Assembly (NCBI GenBank): GCA_044221335.1
Contig: JBGAPI010000013.1
Span: 43,256 to 107,255 of the forward strand
Direction of reading: 5' to 3'
Source of the DNA: Ahniellaceae bacterium
GTDB lineage: Bacteria; Pseudomonadota; Gammaproteobacteria; Xanthomonadales; Ahniellaceae
DNA: 64,000 nucleotides
In this document: positions 30,889 through 38,795 of the stretch, one piece after another
How the letters are laid out: every line of letters starts with the position of its first letter
How positions within the stretch are numbered: the first letter of the stretch is position 1
Translations under genes and position numbers: made by a program
The notes under the pieces: generated by a model
Databases searched by the model: none
Seen by the model: the letters and a program-made list of their open reading frames with translations, nothing else
What the model was told of the DNA's origin: nothing

Positions 30889-32697
30889 TCAGTCGAGGCC
30901 GTAGCGCTGGGTGAGCCAGCGCTTGAAGTCGTTGACGACGCGCAGCGCGTCGCGCAGCAGGTCGCGGTCGAGCCGGCGCAATTCAGCGGCGTCGACGCGG
31001 TCGTCCGGCACCCGCCCGGCGCGCAGTGCCGCGAGCTGCGCGCCGACCCGGAGCCGCAGCAGCACCGCCAGCGCCTGGCTGAGGTCGCGGCCGCTGCGCT
31101 GCTCCAGTACGCCCGCGGCGATCAGCGCCTCCACCCGCTCGAAGCTGTTGGTGACGGCGATCCGTCCTTCCAGGGCCAGCGTTCTCAGCCCGTGCACCAG
31201 TGGAAAGATCCCGCCCTTCTTGAGGTCGGTGCCGCGCTCGTCGCCGGCGAGGCGGCCGAACAGGGTCAGCGGCGTGTTGAAGTCGACCGCCTTCTGCGCG
31301 AAGGCGCGCAGCGCGGCGGGCCGCGTCGAGATCGCGCCGAGGCGTTCGCGCAGCGGGTCCAGCCGGGCGCGATCGCCGGCGACGACGCTGGCGTCGAACG
31401 CGATCGCGGCACACATCATCGCCTCCGGGTCCGGTCGCGCCAGCCAGCCGTCGATCCGGTCGAGCCAGGCGGAGCGGGTGCCGCGCCAGTCGGGATTCGA
31501 CACCATGATCGCGCCCGGGCAGGGGGGATAGCCGAGGGCGACCAGCTCCTCGGAGAAGCGCGCCGCGGGGCGATCGAACGCGGCCGGATCGACGCCGTCG
31601 TCGAACACCAGCGCGTTGTCCTGGTCCGTCTTCAGGATCTGTTCGTGGCGACCCTCGCTGCCCAGTGCCAGCAGGGTCGCATGCTCGCGGAGTTCCGCCG
31701 GCACGGTGAGCTCGAACACCTTGGCGAGCAGGCGCTGGTTGAGCGCGCTGGTCAGCGTCGTCAGGTGGCGCATCGCCGCGCCCTGGGACAGCAGGGTGCG
31801 GACCAGCGCCGTGAATTCGCCGGCAAGGGTCGACAGCTCCTCGAGACTCGTCGCCCGCGCGAGGCGGAAGCTCAGCACGTGGCTGCTGCCGGAGAAGTGC
31901 GACAGCACTTCCATCAGCCCGAGCGTGCCCGGCGGCCGCTCGCCCCGCGTCACCACGATCCGCTGGATGTGGCGGCCGGTCATCAGCACCAGCGCCTGGA
32001 ACACCAGCTCCTCCTGGTCCAGCGCCAGCGCGGGGAAGCTCGCATGGGTGCCCACCGCAGCGGTCGCCGCGACGCCGCGCAGCGCCAGTGCATCGAGCAG
32101 GTCGCTGCGGGTGGCGATGCCGAGGCGCCCGCCGTCCGCCACCAGCACCGCGTCGGTGTGGCCGTCGCGCATCGCCGCCACCGCCGTCGCGATCGGCGTT
32201 TCCGGGGCGACGATCACCGCGTCGAGCACCAGCGCGTCGCGGATCCGCGTCAGCAGCAGCTCCGCGAGATCGGAGGGCTGGTCGCGTTCGGCGAGCAGGC
32301 GCCGCTTCACCGCGAGCGACTCGTGGAAATAGGCGCGAAAACGCGGGTTGGCCTCGGTCAGCTCGAGGAACAGTGCGGCCGGCAGCGCATGGCACAGCGT
32401 GTCGACCAGCGCCTCGTAGCGGTGCCGCGCGCGACCGACGATCGCGGCAAAGGCACCGAACAGCTCGCCGGCGTCGTAGTCGGCGAAGTGCTGGGGGCGG
32501 CCGGCGTGCTGGTCGGTCGCACGGACGCGGCCCTTCAGGATCACGTACACCGCCGACGATGGCGCGCCGGCCTCGATGATCGTCTCGCCGCGACGGAACA
32601 GCACGATGTCGGCGGCCGCACCGAGCCGGGCGACCTCGGCCGCGGTCAGCAGGTCGAACGGAGGGGCGGTGAGATCGAGGCCGGAAGCTGCGCTCAT
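30889..32697 (-). CDS. cNMP-binding / tandem CBS / DUF294 putative nucleotidyltransferase signal-transduction protein
   Basis: N-terminal cyclic-nucleotide-binding-like region (GETIIEAGAPSSAVYVILKGRV). CBS pair. DUF294 nucleotidyltransferase core (LLALGSEGRHEQILKTDQDNALVF) and DUF294_C. Start chosen at MSAASGLD, downstream of the REP1 overlap. Stop 11 nt before the exonuclease start. Confidence 0.8.
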   Translation of the reverse strand: MSAASGLDLTAPPFDLLTAAEVARLGAAADIVLFRRGETIIEAGAPSSAVYVILKGRVRATDQHAGRPQHFADYDAGELFGAFAAIVGRARHRYEALVDTLCHALPAALFLELTEANPRFRAYFHESLAVKRRLLAERDQPSDLAELLLTRIRDALVLDAVIVAPETPIATAVAAMRDGHTDAVLVADGGRLGIATRSDLLDALALRGVAATAAVGTHASFPALALDQEELVFQALVLMTGRHIQRIVVTRGERPPGTLGLMEVLSHFSGSSHVLSFRLARATSLEELSTLAGEFTALVRTLLSQGAAMRHLTTLTSALNQRLLAKVFELTVPAELREHATLLALGSEGRHEQILKTDQDNALVFDDGVDPAAFDRPAARFSEELVALGYPPCPGAIMVSNPDWRGTRSAWLDRIDGWLARPDPEAMMCAAIAFDASVVAGDRARLDPLRERLGAISTRPAALRAFAQKAVDFNTPLTLFGRLAGDERGTDLKKGGIFPLVHGLRTLALEGRIAVTNSFERVEALIAAGVLEQRSGRDLSQALAVLLRLRVGAQLAALRAGRVPDDRVDAAELRRLDRDLLRDALRVVNDFKRWLTQRYGLD

Positions 32698-32776
32698 GCC
32701 GTGGCCATTGTGCGCCGGCGGCGGGGCGACGGCGATTCGACCTTGGTCGTGGACGAGGGCAGGGACCACGGGTCGA

Positions 32777-32878
32777 GAAAGCGACCCGTCATGGCGAGTG
32801 CAGCGAAGCCATCCAGCGCCTTCGCTCTTCATTTCGCCCGAGCAGAGCCAAGGCGCTGGATGGCTTCGCTGCGCTCGC
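32777..32878. repeat. REP1 element (variant with catggcgag arms)
   Basis: cccgtcatggcgagtgcagcgaagccatccagcgcc ... ggcgctggatggcttcgctgcgctcgccatgacggg. Confidence 0.8.
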
Positions 32879-32906
32879 CATGACGGGGGTTGTCGCGAAC
32901 TCCGGT

Positions 32907-33806
32907 CTAGGGCAGCGCCCGCGCGATCTGCGCCCCGACCCGCACGTTGTTCAAGGCCAGCGCCCGGTTCGCCCGCACCGAGGCCCCGCCGGTGACCTGG
33001 GCGAGTTCGGCCAGCAGGAAGGGCGTCAGCGCCTTCCCGCCGATGCCGCGGACGTGGGCGCTGGCGAGCGCCTGGTCGATCGCACCGTGGATGTCGCCGA
33101 CCGGCAGCTCCGCGTCCTCCGGGATCGGATTCGCGACCAGCACGCCACCCTGACCGAGTGCCCAGCGCGCGGCGAGGATCGCCGCGACCTCGTCGGCGTG
33201 GTCGCAGCGGTGTTCCAGCGGCAGACCCGATCGGCGGGTATAGAAGGCCGGGAATTCGCTGGTGCCAAAGCCCAGCACCAGCACGCCGAGGGTCTCCAGC
33301 ACCTCGAGGGTGCGCGGCAGGTCGAGAATGGCCTTGGCGCCGGCGGAGATCACCGCGAGCGGTGTTCGCGCCAGCGTCGTGAGGTCGGAGGACACGTCGA
33401 GCGCGTCGCCGCGATGCACGCCGCCGATGCCGCCGGTCGCGAACACCCGGATGCCGGCCTGGGCGGCCAGCACCGCGGTGGCCGACACCGTGGTCGCCGC
33501 ATTCCGCTGCCGCGCCATCGCGACCGGCAGGTCTGCGGCGCCCGCCTTGACGAAGCCGTGAGCCTCGCGCGCGAGCCGCTCGAGCTCGGCCTCGGAAAGA
33601 CCGATCCGCGCAGCGCCATCGATCACCGCGATCGTCGCCGGCACCACGCCGTGATCACGTGCCATCTGCTCCAGCGCTCGGCCAATTGCCAGGTTGTCCG
33701 GCCAGGGCAGACCGTGGGCGACGATGGTCGACTCCAGCGCCAGCACCGGCACGCCTTCGGCCAGGGCGACGCGGACTTCGTCGGAAAGAGCCAGTTGCAG
33801 GTTCAT
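32907..33806 (-). CDS. psuG: Pseudouridine-5'-phosphate glycosidase
   Basis: MNLQLALSDEVRVALAEGVPVLALESTIVAHGLPWPDN ... GGIGGVHRG. Strong match to the PsuG/YeiN family. 299 aa. Confidence 0.85.
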   Translation of the reverse strand: MNLQLALSDEVRVALAEGVPVLALESTIVAHGLPWPDNLAIGRALEQMARDHGVVPATIAVIDGAARIGLSEAELERLAREAHGFVKAGAADLPVAMARQRNAATTVSATAVLAAQAGIRVFATGGIGGVHRGDALDVSSDLTTLARTPLAVISAGAKAILDLPRTLEVLETLGVLVLGFGTSEFPAFYTRRSGLPLEHRCDHADEVAAILAARWALGQGGVLVANPIPEDAELPVGDIHGAIDQALASAHVRGIGGKALTPFLLAELAQVTGGASVRANRALALNNVRVGAQIARALP

Positions 33807-33990
33807 CGGTGGTGTTCCGGTTCCATCCGCGAATCGTCGCACGAGCCGCGCTGTATGGATGCGCGCCGGCGCGCTGCAGTTACCGCCGGGGGCGCTCTTC
33901 GTCCAGGGTTCGACGCTCCGAATGCTTCGCCGTTCACCTGCGATGGCCCGACTTGCCGCAGACTGTCTTCCCCGACCGCGCCAGACGCCG

Positions 33991-34908
33991 ATGATCCGAC
34001 CTCCGATCCCGTGCTTCGCGCTGACACTGCTCCTCGCGATGAGCGTGGACGTTGCCATCGCGGCAACGCCGTCCCACGGTCCGGCGCCGTCCGAGCCCGA
34101 AGCGACACCGCACCGGCTGGCGATCCTGGAAGCACTTCCCGGCCTCGACGACCACCACTGGGCCGGCACCTACGGCGACGGCATGCATATCGTCAGTGTC
34201 GCGCCGGGACTCGGCGTCAGTGCGTTTTCCCATGGCTGCCTCGGCGTCTATGGCCAGGGCGAGGGCGAGGCGCTGGAGCAGCCGGACGGCAGCATCAAGT
34301 TGCGCTACGACGACCCGGTGTTCGCGAACGAGCAGGGATTTCCTGGGCATCTGGTCCCGGTGCGCTGGGGCGAACGCCATTACCTGTTGTCCGCGGACAA
34401 GCTCCTCGACTTCGTCGACGAGATCCAGTTCGGCGGCGAGCCGCGGAGCGGCGGCGATGGCGCGCTGCTGCGTATCGGCGACGAGTGCCGGCGAGCGGCC
34501 GGCCTGCCGACGCTGCCGATGGAGTACGCGGGACTGCTCCGGACCGAGCGCGGCGAGTTCCCGATCCGGGCGGTCACGGAAGTCGCGCGCAGCGGTGCAC
34601 TGGACTGCCGGCTCACGCAGCGCATCGACTTCGATCCGCGCGGCGACACTCGTCTGCGGACCGGGATGAAGCTGAAGGTGCTCGGTACCGGCCACTACGA
34701 TCAGGTCCGGATCGTCGAGGTCGGCGCGCATCACGCCGTCGCGCTGCGCGAGGAGCCGATGTCGCACGACTGTGCCGACGTGTCGGCGACACCACGGCCG
34801 GGGATGCTGCTGGTCGCGGAGGCGATGAACGTCGATCGCGAACTCGACTGGCACTGCGAGGATCCGAACTACATCAGGCGCTACCGGCTGCCGACGCCGT
34901 CACGGTAG
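33991..34908 (+). CDS. Hypothetical secreted protein
   Basis: Signal peptide MIRPPIPCFALTLLLAMSVDVAIAA. 305 aa, good GC3, no recognised domain. Confidence 0.55.
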   Translation: MIRPPIPCFALTLLLAMSVDVAIAATPSHGPAPSEPEATPHRLAILEALPGLDDHHWAGTYGDGMHIVSVAPGLGVSAFSHGCLGVYGQGEGEALEQPDGSIKLRYDDPVFANEQGFPGHLVPVRWGERHYLLSADKLLDFVDEIQFGGEPRSGGDGALLRIGDECRRAAGLPTLPMEYAGLLRTERGEFPIRAVTEVARSGALDCRLTQRIDFDPRGDTRLRTGMKLKVLGTGHYDQVRIVEVGAHHAVALREEPMSHDCADVSATPRPGMLLVAEAMNVDRELDWHCEDPNYIRRYRLPTPSR

Positions 34909-34937
34909 AGCGGCACTCGTGCCGCTTCGGTGCAGCG

Positions 34938-35639
34938 TCATTGGCAGCGGGCCAAGGCCCGCTCCACGGCCACCTCGCAGTGGATGCGAGTGGTGTCGAA
35001 CACCGGCAGCACCGAGTCGGCCTGGCCGATCAGCAGCGTGATTTCGGTGCAGCCGAGGATCACGCCCTCGGCGCCGCGCTCGGCGAGGCCGCGGATGATG
35101 TCGGCGTAGGCCCGACGCGACTCCGCGCGGATCACGCCGCGGCAGAGCTCGTCGTAGATCACCCGGTGCACCAACGCGCGCTCGTCCGCTTCCGGCACCC
35201 GCACGTCGAGCCCGTAGCGCTCGGCGAGGCGGCCGCGGTAGAAGTCCTGTTCCATCGTGAAGGCCGTGCCGAGCAGCGCGATCCGGGTGACACCGGCGGC
35301 GCGGATGCGTTCGCCGGTCGCGTCGGCGAGGTGCAGGAAGGGCAGCGAGGTCTGCGCGGTCATCGCGTCGAACAGCTTGTGCATCGTGTTCGTGCAGAGC
35401 AGGGCGAAGTCGCAGCCGGCGCCTTCGAGCCGCTTCGCGGCTCCGATCAGGATCGCGGCCGCCGCGTCCCAGTCGCCGTCGTGCTGCGCGCGCTTCACCG
35501 GCTCGAAGTCGATGCTCGCCAGCACCAGCTCGGCCGAATGGTGGCCGCCGAGCTTCTCTCCGACGAGGCGGTTCAGAACGCGGTAGTACTCGGCGCTGGA
35601 CTCCCAGCTCATGCCGCCGATCAGGCCGATGGTCTTCAT
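34938..35639 (-). CDS. Aspartate/glutamate racemase family protein
   Basis: MKTIGLIGGMSWESSAEYY ... GVILGCTEI. The two catalytic Cys regions of Asp racemase are present. Confidence 0.85.
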   Translation of the reverse strand: MKTIGLIGGMSWESSAEYYRVLNRLVGEKLGGHHSAELVLASIDFEPVKRAQHDGDWDAAAAILIGAAKRLEGAGCDFALLCTNTMHKLFDAMTAQTSLPFLHLADATGERIRAAGVTRIALLGTAFTMEQDFYRGRLAERYGLDVRVPEADERALVHRVIYDELCRGVIRAESRRAYADIIRGLAERGAEGVILGCTEITLLIGQADSVLPVFDTTRIHCEVAVERALARCQ

Positions 35640-35645
35640 CCGGCG

Positions 35646-35750
35646 ATTGTAGGGCGGGCACTGCCCGCCGTTGCCACGGCGCCTCGCCATGGCGGGCTCT
35701 GCCCGCTATGGCCATGACGGCTCGCGATGGCGGGCACTGCCCGCCCTACC
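35646..35750. repeat. REP3 BIME-like cluster (3 units in alternating orientation)
   Basis: ttgtagggcgggcactgcccgccgttgcc / cgccatggcgggctctgcccgctatggc / gcgatggcgggcactgcccgccctacc. The last unit overlaps the lipoprotein stop codon. Confidence 0.8.
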
Positions 35751-36201
35751 TCGGACGCCGATCCATCGTGCTCCAGACATAGACCCACGGCTCGCCGTTC
35801 GCGACCGCGATGAACTCCCGCGGTTCGCCGTCGCCGTAAGGGCAGCGGTAGAACATCATCCTGCTGCCGCTCAGCACCTCGTCGCTCGGCCACCAGGATT
35901 TCGACAGTGTCGGCCGGACGACGCCGGCGAGGTCGGTGACGTCGCAGTAGTAGGGAATGACCAGTACGTCCGGCGAGCGGAAGATCAGCAGACTCTCCCG
36001 CGACGCGGTGTCATGCGCCTCGACGAGCTCGGTTGCTCCGTCCGGCACCCAACTCGGGATGAGGCCACGCAGGCGGGCATCCTGTGCCTCCGGGCTGTTC
36101 GCGCGCTCGTAGCGGTTCTCCAGCTTTTCGGGCGGCGCGGTATCGCAGCCGGGCAGCAGGAGCACGAGCACGGGGAGCACGGCGAGCAGACGTCGGTTCA
36201 T
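35746..36201 (-). CDS. Hypothetical lipoprotein
   Basis: MNRRLLAVLPVLVLLLPGCD carries an LPGC lipobox. 151 aa. Confidence 0.6.
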   Translation of the reverse strand: MNRRLLAVLPVLVLLLPGCDTAPPEKLENRYERANSPEAQDARLRGLIPSWVPDGATELVEAHDTASRESLLIFRSPDVLVIPYYCDVTDLAGVVRPTLSKSWWPSDEVLSGSRMMFYRCPYGDGEPREFIAVANGEPWVYVWSTMDRRPR

Positions 36202-36282
36202 GGTCCTGGCAACGTGGTCGGCGGCTAAGACCGTACATCATCGGTGCGCCGGAGGGCGGGCGCGACGACAGATCGAGAGCCG

Positions 36283-36320
36283 GCGCGCTGGATTGCTTCG
36301 CTACGCTCGCAACGACGGGC
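36283..36320. repeat. REP1 half-element (right arm only)
   Basis: ggcgcgctggattgcttcgctacgctcgcaacgacggg. Confidence 0.7.
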
Positions 36321-36345
36321 TGGGAGGGGCCGTCGCTGCCGGCGG

Positions 36346-36648
36346 TCATTCTGCGATCAGCCCCGGATAGAGGTCGTTCCAGTACGGATTCTGTGCCTCG
36401 ATCAGCGCCAGCTTGCGGTCGCGGCTTCCGCCCTTCAGCTGCTTTTCGCGCGTGACTGCGGACTCCATCGAGCCGTGGACCTCGAACCACACGAGCACCT
36501 TGCAGCGGTGTCGCTTCGTGTATCCGGGAACAACCGATTCGCGGTGCTGGTACACGCGCAGCACGAGGTTGCTGGTGACACCGAGATACAGCGTGCCATT
36601 GCGGCGGCTGGCCATCAGGTAGACACAGGGGATTCGTTCGCGAGGCAT
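36346..36648 (-). CDS. GIY-YIG nuclease superfamily small protein (UPF0213-like)
   Basis: VYLMASRRNGTLYLGVTSNLVLRVYQHR...KRHR matches the GIY-YIG core (YxxG...R...E...N). 100 aa. Flanked on both sides by REP1 copies. Confidence 0.75.
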   Translation of the reverse strand: MPRERIPCVYLMASRRNGTLYLGVTSNLVLRVYQHRESVVPGYTKRHRCKVLVWFEVHGSMESAVTREKQLKGGSRDRKLALIEAQNPYWNDLYPGLIAE

Positions 36649-36713
36649 GGAGCGAGGCTATTCTCGTGACGATCTCGCAAGGGGATACGTAGGGTTCGGT
36701 TCCGGCATGGAAC

Positions 36714-36960
36714 CGCCATTGCGAGGAGGCCGCAGGCCGACGTTGCAGTCCAGCGACTTCGCGTTTCACGACAGCAGATCAAGTGCAGAGGCGCTGGATT
36801 GCTTCGCTGCGCTCGCAATGACGGGACCTGTGGGCGGAGCGAACCTCACTGTCATTGCGAGGAGGCCGCAGGCCGACGAAGCAATCCAGCGACTTCGCGT
36901 CGCACGACAGCAGATCAGGAGCAGAGGCGCTGGATTGCTTCGCTGCGCTCGCAATGACGG
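36714..36960. repeat. Two tandem REP1 elements (36714-36824 and 36849-36960)
   Basis: ccattgcgaggaggccgcaggccgacg ... ggcgctggattgcttcgctgcgctcgcaatgacggg, present twice. Internal variant gaggaggccgcaggccgacgaagcaatccagcgac. Confidence 0.85.
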
Positions 36961-36990
36961 GACATGGGGTACCGGCGTTCGCTGGCCGAT

Positions 36991-38061
36991 CTAGCCGACC
37001 TCCACCCGATCCCTCCCCGCCGCCTTCGCCCGATACAAGGCCTCGTCCGCGCGCTTCACCAGCCCGTGCCAGTCGTCGTCGCCGCGCGACACGGCGAGTC
37101 CGATGCTGATGCTGATCTCGAGGTCGGGCGGCGCGGCGGCGACCCCGCGGACGGCCGCCAGCATCCGTCGCGCGATCTCGAGCGCGGTGACCTCCCGCGC
37201 GCCGTGCAGCACGGCGAGGAACTCCTCGCCGCCCCAGCGGCCGACCGGATCGGAGCCGCGCAGCTGCGCGCGCAGGACCTCGCCGACCGACCGCAGGATC
37301 GCATCGCCGGCATCGTGGCCGTGGCGGTCGTTGATCTGCTTGAAGTGGTCGAGGTCGATCATCATCACCGTGAGCGGCGCGTCGTCGCGGCGGCGCGCCT
37401 GTTCCAGCGCGCGGCGGCCGAACTCGTCGATCTGGCGGCGGTTGGACAGGCCGGTCAGCGCATCGGTGCGTGCGTCCTCGGCGTGGCGAAGCTCCTGCAC
37501 GAAGGCGCGCAGCTGCTGGTGGTAGAGCACCCGGCCGGCGTTGGAGCCGACCCAGATCATCACCGCGTCCATCATCGCGAAGTTGGCCTGCTGTGGCGTC
37601 GGAACCCCAAGCACCCAGGCAAGAACGAGGATCAGCGCCAGCGCGATCAGGTTCAGCGCGAAGTAGAACGACACCGGGATCGAGTAGAAGGCCAGCACCA
37701 CCGGGAAGGCCAGGGTGCCGCCGGCGCCCCAGAGGAAGCCGTCGGTGAGCATCATGCTGGCCGCCGCGACACCGATGAAGCCGACCAGGAACACGCTGCC
37801 GTGGACGTACTTGGCGCGGCCGTCGGAGACCCCGCGGGACAGCACGACGTAGCTCGGCAGCAGGGCCAGCGCGGTGCCGATCCTCACCCAAAGAGCGTAT
37901 TCCGCGTGCTCGGGGTCGAGCCAGCGGTCCCACAGCGCGAAGCCGAGGATGCCGAGCGCGAACAGCAGGACGGGCTTCGGCGATGCGTGCGCGAGGACGC
38001 GTTCGCGGCGTTGCGCGAACTGCAGCAGCACCTCGGCACTCGGGCGCTCTCGGTGGGCCAT
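36991..38061 (-). CDS. Diguanylate cyclase (GGDEF) with N-terminal multi-TM sensor region
   Basis: About 5 TM helices, then a GGDEF domain with RTDALTGLSNRR, GGEEF signature (WGGEEFLAVL) and I-site RxxD (RGSD). Confidence 0.85.
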   Translation of the reverse strand: MAHRERPSAEVLLQFAQRRERVLAHASPKPVLLFALGILGFALWDRWLDPEHAEYALWVRIGTALALLPSYVVLSRGVSDGRAKYVHGSVFLVGFIGVAAASMMLTDGFLWGAGGTLAFPVVLAFYSIPVSFYFALNLIALALILVLAWVLGVPTPQQANFAMMDAVMIWVGSNAGRVLYHQQLRAFVQELRHAEDARTDALTGLSNRRQIDEFGRRALEQARRRDDAPLTVMMIDLDHFKQINDRHGHDAGDAILRSVGEVLRAQLRGSDPVGRWGGEEFLAVLHGAREVTALEIARRMLAAVRGVAAAPPDLEISISIGLAVSRGDDDWHGLVKRADEALYRAKAAGRDRVEVG

Positions 38062-38179
38062 GCCGAACGCTACCCCAAATCGATGCGCTTGCAGCGCGTC
38101 GATCAGCAGGAAACGGAGGTGTTTCCTGTAGAGCCCTCGCGAAGACCGAAGGCTTGGAAAACCATGTTCAGCTGTTCAC

Positions 38180-38505
38180 TCATGCCGCCGCGGAAGCGGC
38201 GGCATCGGCATCGGGTTCTTCGAAGACCTGATGGAGGCCGAAGGCGAACAAGGCCTGGGCAGTGGGCAGGTCGATGTCGAGCGACCCGACGTCCCAGTCG
38301 AGGCGGATGTGGCCCGGGTCCAGGCAGACGCCGACTTCGGAGGTCTGCAGCACGAAGTCGATCGAATTGCCGGCATTGATGTGCACGGAGTTGCGGCGGA
38401 GCGCGACCGAGACCGGCCCCTCGCGCCACACCACCACATCCGCGTCGACGGCGGAAAGGCGCGCGTGCCAGGAAGCCGCCAACGCCATGCCTTGTGTCAT
38501 GCCCA
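38180..38505 (-). CDS. Hypothetical protein (possible PilZ-like, unconfirmed)
   Basis: About 108-aa ORF with good GC3, starting at MGMTQGM. PilZ motifs are not convincingly present. The ORF could extend upstream to 38623. Confidence 0.35.
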
Positions 38506-38621
38506 TGACCGCTCCAGAAGGTTCGTCCCTGTACACAACGTGTAACACGACACCGGGCGAACCCCGATGTTCCGCGGATGTGCGGCGGTGGTGCACCGAC
38601 TGTCGGCTCGTCCGCAGCCAC

Positions 38622-38645
38622 AAAGTGTGACGCCGCTCACACTTT
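38622..38645. promoter_or_regulatory. Perfect CRP/Clp-type palindrome AAAGTGTGA-cgccgc-TCACACTTT
   Basis: TGTGA-N6-TCACA core with extended 9-bp arms. Located in the divergent region between the 38180-38505 ORF / GGDEF gene and the GT39 gene at 38796. Confidence 0.55.
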
Positions 38646-38795
38646 TGTAACGATGCAGAGGCACATTTCTCTCCTCGGCGTCAAAGGCCGGCGGCGCCAG
38701 ATGTCGACTCGGTCACGATTTCGGCCCCTCGCGGCGGCCGCGAAGCCGACCCGCAACGGTCGTACACTGCCGCGCTTTCGCACGCGGCGCCTGTC

